DNA of 64,000 nucleotides from Lingula anatina (lineage: Eukaryota > Animalia > Brachiopoda), in NCBI GenBank assembly GCA_051362555.1, contig CM120642.1, forward strand, positions 8,742,001 to 8,806,000. The letters run 5' to 3'. Shown here one piece after another: positions 46,525 through 60,617 of this stretch (position 1 is its first letter; every line of letters starts with the position of its first letter). The translations under genes were made by a program, and so were the position numbers. Below the pieces are notes generated by a model, which was not told the origin of the DNA, did no database searches, and saw only the letters and a program-made list of their open reading frames with translations.

Positions 46525-49500
46525 TTAGATACTGGTGCGTATGTTGCCTATATTCCGTGCCTTATATGCTCATTAGCACCTAAAATTGAAAAGAAAAACA
46601 ATTTCTCAAATGCTTTCAGTGTGGGAAAGGAGTGATATATATATTAAACTACAGACCGCAATTTTTCAATGTAAACATCTTCCATTTTTTGTAATATTTT
46701 GGGGGCTTTATGTATTTCGGGTGAAATTTATACAAATAATAATATATTAGTTTCAATACATAAAATAGTTCTAAATGCCTTTGAAATATATATATATATT
46801 CAAGCTACATTGTATCCAGAGAGAAAATATCGAGATTGATTCCAACAAAAATTCTATGAAAGAGCAGCCAGTTTTACTAAATATTTCAGTGATGATGATT
46901 ACGCAAATATGGCAACAGTTTAATGAAAACAACAACCCTGAGCGCCTGCGAAACTGAATTTCAATTTGCTATGCTTTCAAGTCTTCAGACTCGGACATGA
47001 GCCAATGTTGGAACGGTTTTATCACCTTGCAGGCATGTACCACTATCTGACATATTTGTTGCATTGCTTTAAGGACCAAAATAGTACATACTGTACCTAC
47101 GTGTATACCACTTTACTTACTGCGAACATGAAAGAGTTGACGGTGACCATGAGTAACATACCAGTATATCTGATGTGTATCCTGCGATTCACAAAGCACG
47201 TGTACAGGTAAGTCTTATTCCTGTTGTTCTGAACAAAAGAAATCAAGTTGCATCCATTAGTAATAATTTCAGACAAAAAATGTCAAAATCAATTAACTCC
47301 AAATCTTTTGTCTGAAGCAAATTATCTTTTGTAATGAAATCGATGCTGTCGAAGGAGATGATAATTATATCCAAGGAATTTACATACTAGTATACGTCAC
47401 CATGTGCGTCTCGTTTGGGATAGTAATGTTAGCATATGTTAGCATGTGCATCTCTTCCACATATTGAGCATATGTAAAAGTTGCAGCAGACACCTTTAAG
47501 AGAATGGCAATTTAACGAATTTATTTCAATTAACCTTCGGTGCATTAGCGGAACGGCCGTCTCATCACTGGCATTGACATCGACATACAATTATTATGCT
47601 TCGTTCACGTTCGTCAGAGTTAAGAGGTTATGAGTAGTTTATACGACCACATGGTAAAGGCGCAATATTGGCGTGCGGGGAGCGCCCTGCTGAAGGTTTC
47701 CAGTGCATATAAGACAACAGGCCTGTAGCCAGCAAATTCAAACGGGGGGTTCTTTTTCTGAAAAAGTGGACCTTTAACAATGAAACCTATGTGTACCTAG
47801 ATAAAATTTTACCCAAAATGGACCTTTTCCTGACAAAAGGGGCGGTTCTTTCGAACCCCCCGAACCCCCCATGGCTACGGTATTGTATCATACAAATGCC
47901 GTCTTTATGCGACTTACCTGATAATCAGCCTAGTTCTAAATTAAGGGGAATGTGAACCCTGCTCAGAACCCTACAGATAGATATCAACGTGGATAATTGA
48001 ATTAGGCTTATATTGTACTATGACAATAATTGACCGAGAGGCCATTCTTGTAATTCACTTCCTTATTTCCTGAAGTTGATTAAAACTCTTTGGAACAATT
48101 TATGATCGTGTCACTGTGGACCTGCTATCATAACCCCCTTAACCAATCTTAATTAGCATTAATGTGCTCCGCTCTCCCCAGAACTGGTCTAAATCATCTC
48201 AATCATGACCACGGCGAACCCTAGAACATCCCAGAATCGATCAAAATTATAACTTTTGCGAATCTGGGCAAAAAACAGTTTCGAAAATTCAGTTGAAATT
48301 ATGGCAAATGGACACCCAGTCCTAGAAGAGTATACATGCAGGACCAATTTAATCATGAATGTAGTGAACTCGATCGTAATGGAGACCAGAAGCGGTCTAA
48401 ATCACGGGTTGAGTGAACCTTAACACAGAATAATCTGCTTTTGAATCTCACAGATAACTAATTGCATCTACGTTGTATACTGTATAATGGCAACACCGAA
48501 ATGTAAATGATTGACCTATTCGTGAAAGTTAGCTGCTAATTTCCTGGGGGGAATCTTTATTGATTAAGTTAACAAAATAAGTCTGATAGAATTACTACGC
48601 ATGAACGCCGCTGCACTAAACTGACTCTAACTTTCATCCAACGGCGCAAATATCTTACATTTTAATCAAGATTGCTCTCCGACGATTGATGACATACAGC
48701 TGCAAATATGAACTATTTTTATTGCTACGTGCGGATTTGGAGCAGTAATTAGTATGTTTTAATTAAGATAGACCCTAAAAAGTTACATCATAGGCGTACA
48801 TGTAAGATTTTGAAAATAAAATGTAGAATTCGAAATAATTATCTAATATGTACCCCTTTCGTCTCTTATTTTATTGTAAAAGTGTAACAGTTTATGAGGA
48901 ATATGTATAACTCTGATACTGGGACTTATATTTAGGAACTATTACCGACACTGCGGTGTCAACATCATATTTCTCATTCTTATTCTACTGAATACTTATA
49001 ACATTCATTCATTTGGAACAGTTTATATAACATAGGTGCATGCGTACCGTTTTTTACGGCGCCATTATTTCTGCAATAGATGCTCAAAAACAGCAACGCT
49101 GCTTTTTGTCAATATTAAATCTGTATTGTGCAATACAAAATGTATGAACAGAATCCGTTCATTTAATTTTAGAAGTACATTTAATAAAACGCGTGAAAAA
49201 TATTTTGATAAAAGCGATTAACCATTTCTTCCTCTTTGTCGAGATCATTATCCTTGGACTAGTTGTGCTGATATGCATTGAGTATTTCAATTTTCCAGTT
49301 GATTTTTATAACTACTTAACGAGGAAAGAGAGACATTTGCGACTCAACGTGTGCTTCATAAATACAATATCTTGTTATCAGACAATCAAAAATTTCATTC
49401 GAATTCACCCAAGCTAAGCACAATTCCTCACCGTTTTTGTCTTTCGGGTACTCCTGCCCTCTTGAGCTTGCAGTCGATGCGTTAACGAGACTACTACGTA

Positions 49501-51394
49501 TTTTCTCCTTACGTTATGATCAAAGACGTTTTGAACCAAAGGTTATAACCAAAGGTTATAAAAAACACAGTGATCACAAGGCCTCCTATGAAGTATCAGT
49601 CAGTCCTTCATTCCTTGAGCTGTCTGCATTCTGGGAATTAAGTCATTTATATCCAGGGGCCCTTTCGAATTCTAGAGCAGTATAAAATATTCATCGGTGA
49701 GACCAAACACTAGATGAGATGAAGCTCTCTGGGTGCACTTGGTGCTCGGAATAACGTACTGTGTAAATGTGGACCATCTACTCCGAATCGATGACATCAT
49801 TATTATCAGCGATTACATCATTATCACGAACCTAAACTCCGCCGTGCAGATATCTAATACCAAAGTTAACGTCCTATGAGTGCCTGCACTCCTCAGCTTC
49901 TGAATGGTCGTACTAATCAAATTAAAGAATCGTTACGATTCGGTTACCAACCGGAGGACAAAGTGTGTCGGACTTTTAAATCAATAATTGAGAAAGTGAA
50001 ATCTACAGATTGCAGGCTCTTATGAGACTGGTCAGGAAAAATCAGAAATTGAAATTGAATAAAAAAGAAAAAATCTTAACTTTTTAAATTATTTTCGCGA
50101 ATTGACCAGACCCTTAATAACTAAAAATACTTCATTCAATCACGTTCTGCCTTACTAGAATTACAGCGTGAGTGGTCCACGGAGAATTTCAGTCATCCAT
50201 CATTAACAGATTTTATCAACATTTACGAAAGGTTTTCTGTCGTTGAATTATTCAACCTTTCAAACCAAAGTCCCTGTTCAGCCCATGGACAAAATTACGT
50301 GATTATGTCCAAGTTCAACCTGAGTTGAAGTAGATCGTAAATTAGTGTAAAACACCAAGATGCAAAAATCTCCTCCAACAGTCTAGATTTACAACTGACA
50401 GGCTCATATTGAATACGGAAATGTAAAAACGTCTTGTAGTGCATGTACGGTCGCCCCTAAACCGTTTCTCACGACAGTTTACACCTTGCACAGACTTCTG
50501 GACGGCGCTTATTTGTTGGGTGAAAAAACATTTGATTTCATAAAGATTAGTAAATCTCTAGTAGCTTCTTGATTTAGTCGAACAGTTTTCATGATTTTGC
50601 AGCGACAGGAGACACAAAAGTAATGAAACACGAGTGTGGTGGTTAGAAAAACAATATTTGGATCAGCGGTTAAGACGTAAATAAACAACATGTACGAGTC
50701 GGTTAACGAAAACAACAATAGTTAAAGAAAGACTATCCTTACCTGTTTCCCATATAGCCCGTATCAAAATTTGAAGCATAAAAAACGAAATCGAATTCCT
50801 ATATTTATCAAAAAGAAGAAGTAGGTGTAAGTGTTTCGCATCAGGTCACTCTCGTTGTAAATACTATCATAATGACTGGCATCAAGGCGGACTCTCAAGA
50901 ACAACATAACTGTCTTTTGGGGACTTTATATGAGTCTGTACTGGTGACTGACCAATGTTAAATCTAATCCGTCACGCGACGATTACCATCACTATAACTA
51001 CTGGACAGGTGAAATCAACTGAAAGTGCACGATGGACAACTGGTTGGAGCCTGTAAAGTCAGTTATACCTTATCAATACTAAAGGGCATAAGTGCATATA
51101 TTACAATAATATTAGTAATAATGAGCTGGCTCGCACGGCAGCAACATTATAATACAGACTTCAATAAATTCTCCCATGTAAAAATCCCTCTCTTAACTTG
51201 TTAGCGTGATATAAGTAGGTCGCCAGTCTTTTTATAAATCAACATTATGTGATGACAGAGCAGTCAGTGACATTGTACAAATCTCGGGGAAATATAGCGT
51301 CACCTCAGTTCTTCATAAAAACAACACGACATTAACATATGCTCCTCTTTCTGTGTCTTGCTATGGACACAAAAAAAAAAAAAAAAAAAAAAAA

Positions 51395-51720
51395 AACAAT
51401 ATAAATATTTCTCAAGTACTAAATCTAATTCAAAAGAGCTGTAAGTCCTTAGCTTGTCTGATTCGCGTATTGACGAACACCAGTTATGCTTGCTTATGTC
51501 CGTTAATCGCTCTGTAAACAGTTCTATGAAAGTTCCACAGCCTTGGTTTTCCCATACTACTCCAAATCCATATGAATATAAAAGATGCTTTATGTCACTC
51601 GCCCATGTATTTCTCCCACTCCCTTCCAACTAAAAAAATATAGCAAAATTTGGGCAGCCTGTCGCTGTTTATACACAGAAATCTGAACCAGTACTTAATG
51701 TACTTGACATAGTATGTCTT
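51395..51720 (-). pseudogene. Degraded non-LTR retrotransposon (LINE) ORF2 C-terminal fragment
   Basis: Across a frameshift: IKYWFRFL...RLPKFCY...WASDIKHLLYSYGFGVVWENQ...RLTD...NW...SDKLRTY...EKYL, typical of the post-RT region of invertebrate LINEs; truncated at a long A/T homopolymer tract. Confidence 0.7.
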
Positions 51721-51824
51721 ATTTAGGACTCTGCTTAGGAATATGATGCGCGTTAGCGTCTCATATAGCAAGAAATTAATTTCCTGGAAATTTCATCAAT
51801 TTATCAAAGCAACGAGGTATACAC

Positions 51825-52170
51825 TGTCCTTAACCGTTGAGGATTGTTGGGAAAACGAATGAAATGGTAGTTGATTTTAGAAAAAAAGACAGATAAAAAG
51901 CTGTTTACATTGATAACACTGTAGTTAAACAAGTGGGTGATTTTACACTGTTTGGATTGGCATACCCATACGCACAAACAGGTGAAGAAAGCGAGAACAA
52001 CGGACTTACTTTTGAAGAAAACTCACAGGAAACCAATTGATTTTATCTAATTTTTATAACTGCATTATTGAAAGTGTTTTAACCTTTGCTGAAATAGTTT
52101 GGTATAGACAAGCCTCAGAGAGGAGGAAATCAGTAACTTGGGTGGACTTGCCGAGACGTGCAGAATAATA
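51825..52170 (+). pseudogene. Degraded Rex/Babar-like LINE reverse-transcriptase fragment
   Basis: Broken frames give KTNEMVVDFRK (cf. KTKEMVVDFR) and IIESVLTFAEIVWY, motifs from the Rex1/Babar RT thumb region. Confidence 0.6.
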
Positions 52171-54133
52171 TACCCCTTTTCGAATTTTAGTTTCTTCGTT
52201 TTTGCTTCCACGAGTGAAATTCGCCAGACTATTTTCATTATACTAGAGACTCGAAATTTAGAAACTTAACACTCAAAATGGTAATTCTGTAAGCTTTTTT
52301 TAATGCAATATGATTTGATTTATAATCGTGTCAGCTTGGCATTAATTTTGCAAGAACATGTACAAACTTTTGGAGGACTGACACGATAAGAATTGTGTAA
52401 GAATAGTTTTATCAAAGACAAACGCCGTACCAGTAGAATAGTGCTCGGCGTCTATGACAGGCTTGTATCAGAAACCTACCCAAATTTCTTATATCTTTAA
52501 CATTATTTGAAGAAAAATATGGATATGATTTACCTTGGTGCTTAAGAGAAAATGTTGAATATCTAGGCAAATTGCATTTTACTCTATGAAGGTCGAACGC
52601 TCGTTGCGCACCTTTCATCTTCTCAAAGATCAAGAGAATTTACGACCAGCTGAGGGTAGTCGTGGTGGCAGAACAACATCATTTGTTTTCCAATCATTTC
52701 GCCTTTCATCATCTTATTAAATTCCATATTATATCATTGACGGTTATTTCATTTCGAAAAAGTCAATACGTTCGTATTATCTCGCTGGGCAAATTGCGAA
52801 TTTAGGTCTACCCTTAGTTAATATGTTTACACTAATGAGTGTTTTTTTATGATTAGCTACGTGAGCGCAGAGACAGTTCGAATTAATTTTCAGTTGTCTC
52901 TGTCATGCACAGCACGTGCTATTTGCATGGACACGGCTATTAATTCCAAATCATTTGATAGCAACATATAGGCTATAGTCTTAGTCAGCGGCGGGCTTAG
53001 GATATCTCTAAGGGAGTGGGTGCCATTTTTTTTCCATTTTTATGTCCATACCCTCTGATATCTAAATAGATTTCAAAATGAAAGGAAACAATAATTTTGT
53101 AACAGACTACTAGCGGACCCTGTGTTTAGGGAGAAGGGGGTAGCGAGTGACTTCATGCATGGTGTGGGGTAAGGTGTGTCCCCTTGCCCCTTGATCAGTT
53201 CATCATCGCGCTTAAGCGGCTCTGGTGCTGGCACATCTGCTGAAGCTGCAAGGGGGTAATTCACTATCGTTCAGTAGATTCAGTAGGCGTGACAGACATG
53301 TAAGCCGCTGAAGCTAAAAGCAATTTAGCGAGAAACCCGGCCCTCGGAGATGGGTCGATCCTGTTAGATCGATCTAGGTATGGGAATGGGATCTAATTCA
53401 GCAATCTTGATTCAATTTGCTGCATGCATGTTATCCACAGGTCCAACCAGATTCAGTCAGATCTGGCTAATTAACTACGCTGACAGGTAGCTACCTGTCT
53501 CGGAGCAAAATCTTACGTTTATAATAGGCCTACAGTGACGTTAGACTTTATATTTATATGTGAGTGCAAATATGACTAAAATTAATTCATGGAAGCACAG
53601 CTGTATTTATTATTGCATCCCACATCTACACTTAAATAACTGAAATAAGACCACAGAACTAATGATGAGCGTCTCGCCCATAGCTGGTAATAAATAAATA
53701 AATAAATATGAAAATGAATACGAAAATGAAATATAAAACGATATCTAAGTTAGATTAACAGTAGTGTTTTTTTCTGTGAAATTCCCCACATAAATTGTAA
53801 GGTTTAATGTATGTATATTTAAGGACTTTACAACGAGTTGAAGGCGGCCAGTGCAACAGATTGAATCATTGATCGACCCTATGTTGATCTCGCGAGACTT
53901 TGAAGCCATTAAAAACAAGTCTTTATAGACTAATATAAGATGAGTATAAATCAATTTAAGTTCTTTAGGAACAAATTATAAATTACTTTTGTACAAATAT
54001 TATTTTAATTTTTTTTATAAATGCAATTACTGCGTAAATGCGATATATGCGACATACTTATTGTAATAGTATAACAGAATTGTAAATATCTATTAATCTA
54101 CAGAGACCTGTCTCTCGCCATATTTGGTCCCAC

Positions 54134-57100
54134 ATGTTCGCGACCTTGCTTACTTTACTATCTGCATTGTACAAAGCCATGGCTGGAAAGACACCCGAAC
54201 GTAGTTTTATCATGGTTAAGCCAGACGGCGTCCAGCGTGGGCTGGTCGGGGAAATCGTCAAAAGGTTCGAGCAGAGAGGTTACACGCTAAGGGCCATGAA
54301 AATGATGCACGTACGTATTGTCAGCCCAGTGAGGAAGCGAGTTGCTATCGACCGGTTGCCGGCCGAAGCACTTTCTCAAGGTCAATTTGGTTTTAGTCTT
54401 TATGTCATGAGTCGAAATAAAGGCACTTGCGTGTCGACGGTATAATTTCTCTTTTTGCTTGTCTATATATTTCATTAATAATTGGTGGCTGGTGTATACC
54501 TCTAAGCAGTTTTGTAGATAAGCTATAATTTTTCAGACGACAAGACACGCTCAACACGTGTCCTGAACTTCGTCACAGTGCGTTAGGTGAGATGCTAATC
54601 AACAAAACGATTAGTAAATTAGGTCTTTTGGGCCTACCATATCTTATTGTGCTTTTAGCATATATTCAATATGAGAGAAAATATATAAATTTGCAAAAAG
54701 CTTTGCGTTTGTCCTGTGTACCTTTCAAGGTCATCCGACTCCTTCAACTTGTGTTAAATCTTTTCTGAAAGGTAGCTGGAACCAAATCTGTTGTACCAAG
54801 TCGTAGATGTGGAAAAAGTGGGAGATCAGTATTAATTGCAAAATTGAAGATTTTCAGTTTATCATAGATTATGATACTCATTATAAGGAAAATATTTTTG
54901 TAAGTCTTGGCTTAACATTTTTACCTCCAAGGTCACAGGAGATCTTTGTTACATTTTTTTTAGTTAACAGCCTACAATGTAACTCTCCTATGGCATGATG
55001 GATTGTTATACAAGGTACTGCATGCTATGTTTTCACAATCATTTTAGGCCTCCAAGCCTCATCTTGAGGAACATTACAAAGATCTTAGCTCAAAGGGGTT
55101 CTTCAAGGACTTGGTTGCTTACATGAATTCCGGGCCAGTGGTCGCTATGGTGAGTAAAGAATTCTTCTATAATTAATTAGGTAATAAAAACAAAAATATA
55201 CTTTAAAAAGTTGGTTTAATATAGTAAATCTTCTGAAAGTTTATTGCAACCCTGTGATGCCAAAGGAGAATATTTTTCTTCCATTTCTTACGGTTATCTT
55301 CCCTGTGGAAGATTGATAATTGAAATCAGATAAATAATTTTACATGATTTTACCATTAGAACACCTGTTGCTGAACATGCCATCAGTGCTAATAATATTT
55401 GTGCCATGCCAAAGAATGACTGCAAAGAAAATAGTTATCTTTGACAGTATAAACCAGATAATCATGTAAGCAATAGGGCGTGGAACTAATTCTTCAAAAT
55501 CATGCAATTCTGATATTTTTAATTCAATGCGGATGGAATCAGAAGTAGACCCTTGACTCAAGCTGATGAAGAGTTTGATAGCACACTAAAAGTTTTTTTT
55601 TATAACTTTAAAACTTGGGCTCATGCCTGACCACCTTTGAACTGGAGCCCATCTGTTCTTTTGTCAAGACTGTACTAGGCTAGACTTCACATGAAGTGGC
55701 AGTGACTATATTTGGCTCCTTGATTACTCATAATTGTATCCTATGCCAGACATCCTGCCCTATTGCCTGACCTCCCCATGTGCTACTGTCTACAGCTGTG
55801 GTGGTACATACCTGGTACAGGCACCACATCTGCTGTCCACATACACCAGTAACCAGTGCACAAGTGGGGTGAACTCCCAAACTGGAAGTTTGACAATTTT
55901 TGTTACATATAGACTAGAAATACATCCAAAATGGCATAGGCATGGAGAAACTTCCTAATCATGCTGCCTTTCTTGGTCCCAAATGAGTTCATAAAACATG
56001 GCCCAAGTGTTGACCTACTGACTGTCCTGGTTTCAGTGAGCACCGGAAGGTCCACTTGCTGCACAATTAAATAGGAGGATAGCTCAGCACCGTGGCTATA
56101 TTGTATGGTCACATTTGTGCCAAAGAAAGAAAAAAAATGTAGTTACTTTGTTCACATTAATTTAAATGTACTATGCTTACAGGAGACGGATGCGGCAATC
56201 ACTTACCTACTCAACACTCTTCTGGTTTTAAGGTTCATTCCCATTCATGAAGCTGGGACAGTTAAACTACATATGCACTTTCTTAGCAGACCATGTAATT
56301 GTAGTCTTGCCAAAGTGTGATATGTGGCCTTTTATTGTGATGTTGTCATTGGATTTAACTGTCAGTTTTGACTGTGCACAGTATTAGTTGATGTGATGTG
56401 GACTGCCTTGTCTATTTATTTCAGGTGTGGGAAGGCAAGGATGCGGTTAAGACTGGGCGTAAGATGCTAGGTGAGACCAACCCCTTAGCATCGGCACCAG
56501 GGACCATCAGAGGAGATTTCTGCATTGAAGTGGGAAGGTATGGAAAATATATATTTATACAGGGTTCCCAGATTGCCTTAAATTTGGAGGACACTTGGGA
56601 TATTTACTTTCTCTTTTCCCGTCTGTGAAAAGTCAGGGAAATGAAATCTGTAAAAAGCTCCTCAAATCTGGGGAAAATCAGTAATTTTGTTTGGTCAGAC
56701 TTAATGGGATTGTCTATACCAGACCATGATGTTAATACCAAACCATGATCATTTATGTCTTATGGCCTGCAGTAGCTGTTTAACAAGGATATTTAAAACA
56801 AGAAATGGCTCAAAACTGTGATCCCAGAATTTTTAAATTCTAAAAAGGGAAATGTCAGGAAAATAATTAAAAACTGCATGCAGTTGATTTCCTAACAAGA
56901 AAATTTTATGATATGTGAAGTTTTGATTTAGGCAATATTCATATTTAAACTAATGCCATAGATGTATCTGTCTTCCATACTTCTTTGAGATTTGTGATAA
57001 TTTGAGTAATAAAGTGATGAGTATTTGGCATCTACTTGATATATTAGATTATATTTTTGTTCTTTTACTGGTCTTAGAAAGTTATAATTCAGACATTATT

Positions 57101-57607
57101 TTAAGATGAAAGAGTGAATTAATCATAGTAATAAAAAAGTATTTTATCTATCACCTTACTTAAATGTGTCCCTATCTTCAGAAAGCCATCAAATATGTAA
57201 TTTTGATGAATGATTAAAATCCAAAGAGAAAGAAGCCACATAAAAATGGTTGCAAAAGTTTGAGGAATTCTTGCAGTACATTTTTAGTGGTTTGAGTTTA
57301 ACATGTAAAAGTTTGATTTTTATCAATTTCAGTCGGATTGTGCATGTGAACTAACCTCAGGGGTAACAGTTAGTAGCTTCAGTCTCATTTCATTTAACTG
57401 CCAGTGTGAATTTAGACCTTTCTTAATTGTTTCCTTTTTCAATTTTTAAAAAAAAGTATTTCAAGTATTCGATTTTCCTGGTGTTTCAGAAACATCTGCC
57501 ACGGCAGTGACTCTGTTGAGAGCGCTAACCGCGAGATCAATCTTTGGTTCAAGCCGGAAGAGATAATCGCCTGGGACCCCTGTATCAAGGACTGGATACA
57601 AGAGTGA
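54134..57607 (+). CDS. ndk: Nucleoside diphosphate kinase (group I NME/nm23/awd), 4 exons, 169 aa (154 aa from the second ATG at 54179)
   Basis: Exons 54134-54310, 55048-55149, 56425-56537, 57490-57607 (GT-AG, 510 nt). [40 protein letters not shown], catalytic [12 protein letters not shown]; AATAAA at 58054-58059. Confidence 0.96.
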
Positions 57608-59400
57608 ACTCGACCAGACTTTAGCCTATCTCTCCAGTGTCAGGATGTTTGGTGGAAAAGGAACGCTCTGGGCCACAAGACTTAAACAAGTGCAAATAGA
57701 CTGGAAATGATGAATTGATGGCGGTGGGTGATGGACTGTGCAGTGCACGTGTGTCATTATCATGTGTCGGCCATCTTTTCTTAACTTTTGAAGGCATAAA
57801 ACGCCATTGTCTATTTATATTTTCGATGTGGTGTCATAAAAATCTCAAACTTTTTCATTTTTCATCTTTTGACAACAGGGTTATAATACTGCGTTTCAAT
57901 ATACACAAATATACGGGATGCATCGAATTGAATGCTAGTCATTCGCCCTTCTGTAAATATAAACGCATTTTAAACCCTTGTTAAAAAGGAACACAAGATA
58001 ATCACTAATGGTCCAAAATCACTGGTTCACTTTTCAATGTCAGCTGGAACGTGAATAAAATAGAATAATCACATCTGAGAATGCATAGATGTTGTTACTG
58101 GTCCACACAAGTTGTGGTTTATTTCGAGTACTGCCAGCGTGACAGGAGTGGTAAGTTGTAGTCAACTAACCCAGTACTACCAGGACCTAAACTTAACCTT
58201 TACAAATCGTGTGGGACCCCGAATTCCATTCCTGTCATGCCGGGTCCAGGATTTTTCTGGGGGTGGGGGAAGAAGAGTTCAAATATGAGACGAAAGATTA
58301 GGCCAATTTTACTAAATACTATAGAAAACGGTCCGGATTTACCACACATATTGAGAAAAAGGGTGGGGGGCGGTGGGAGGCTCGCACCCGTTTCCCCAGA
58401 TTCGCCATTGGGCCGAGGACAATTCTAGACTGGACAAGTGTGACAACCAACTCGGTAGCCAAGTCTACCTTGAAAATAACTTATAATAGGTTTCATTTCA
58501 GACCATTGGCAACATTTTTTGGTTCAAAATGTAGAACTTTTAGTAATGACCAACTTGTATTCCATTGGGAATGAATTGGTCATTAACTGTAAGTGTTTTG
58601 ATCGGTGTTTTTCATAACTTAAACTTGCTTTGATAGTCTAAGAAGAGGATAGGTAGAAAAATAAATTAATAACGCTCATATTGACCAGTAAAAGTAAACA
58701 AAAACATAAATGGGGCGTTGATCGAGAAAACGTTTTATTCATTTGTTTGTTTATATTTTTAAATTAAAATTGTTATTGTTGTGAATGGAAAAATACCGAA
58801 AGCTATCAAAGTCGAGTATTATTAGTCTCCATATCTTCCTGGTGACGGAATCCAGTTATTTTTATCAGGAAATTTTATTGGAAAGTAAACAAGAGTGACA
58901 AGTAAAAATCCCTTAAACAGTAAAAAAAAAAAATTGTGATATATAAATATAACAATAGTCATTGAATCATACACGATACCAACACGCGAACCTGATGAGA
59001 TGCCCTCACTGCGCTGCAAACCTATATGTGACTCATGCGTTAACTATTCATAAGGTTATTTCAAATAAAGGTCGGAAAATAAAGATTGATATTGAGATCA
59101 TCAATAACTGTAAATGATTGAAGATGGTGAAAATATGATGCACGTATTGTAGTTATGTATTTATCCGATTAAAGGCGTATAAATGCAATATGTAAGATGC
59201 GAATTGTTGACACAGATTTTCTAGCGTTGTTTAATGCTTTCTCCTCAAGCAGTGCCAGCTCCGCCTATTTTTCTGGATTGCATAGCATCGCTTCCATAAG
59301 TGTTGTGCAGATGATTTTCTCACTATTGTGGTCGCAACAGAAATTCATTACCATATCGCACCCCGTCCGTGATCTCGGTTCTGGAAATTTATTATTTGTC

Positions 59401-60564
59401 TTCAATATGGCACATTTGAGTCCTGTATTGGTAATCTATCACAGAACTGCCTCTCCATATTTCTAACTGGACCGATTCTGCATAATACTATATCAAAGTA
59501 GCAATGATGTGAAATAAGGATCGTTGTTCAGATCCTTTGAAATATTCTGATATTTTTATAATTAAGTATAATAAAATCAAAATTTTAATTGATTTTGGAA
59601 CTGGAGATTATAAAATGTTTTTGAGTTTGGCTAGATGGTGACATGACATCATGTAAATAATTGTGACTGAATGTGAAAGCGTTCGATGTGGTACTTTGAT
59701 ACAATACTGAATATTGCCAATTTATGACATGAATGTAATTTTTTGTGTATTTTAAGAATTATTCGTCATACAAAACTTTTTCTGTCAAAGCAAAAAACAA
59801 CACAATATATTCGTAAGCAACAAAATTAACTTGTCTGGTCCTTTATGCACTCTCTTTTGTTATTGCAGAAAAAGGGAGATGATGCAGACGAACCCATGAT
59901 ATTGGAAAATTTATGATAGCAAAATATCCCCTACAGTTTCATAACAACAACAAAAAGATCGTTTTTCTCCTTTAACTCACGCAGCCGTGAGAGGTATTTG
60001 TGCATTGTTCTCGTGTGATATGATATGCCGTTCAGAGCAACATATTGTTCCATAAATACACAGGAAAATCCACCCTGAACCTTTAACGCTTTATCTAAAA
60101 GCAACAACAACGTAAACCAGGTGGAATGTTGCTCGAGTCATAACACACCTTTTCGTTTTCTCAATATTCCTCTGCCCTACAACTCCGGTTTTCGTGTAAC
60201 AGGAATGGAACCTCTTGGGGTGTAAGTCTGGGCTCCCGTATGATTAGTGTACAGGTTAGGGTTAGTCGGAGTATTAGGGTTAGAAGGGCCCACATGGGAC
60301 GAATGTCACCTGTATGAAATAATGGGAAGCGAACTAAGGTTCCTAGCGGACTTCCATTCCTGTTGCACCTGGCCAACAGTGAAAACTAGTTTACACCGGA
60401 CTGGCTGGAGGTGTGGTCATTCCCGATTAATTGTCAGATCTACGATTTTCCCTAGAGATGAGGAAAAGAATAAAATAATTCTGCATCGCTTCTCTCGGTA
60501 ATCAATAAAACTGTATACGAGGACAAACTTTTTACAAAATTTATGCTTTATGCTCCCCCTCTCT

Positions 60565-60617
<53 letters not shown>

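Noticed and set aside
45623-46635. Several ORFs overlapping the GPCR
   Set aside because: Antisense or alternative-frame by-products of a GC-richer coding exon.
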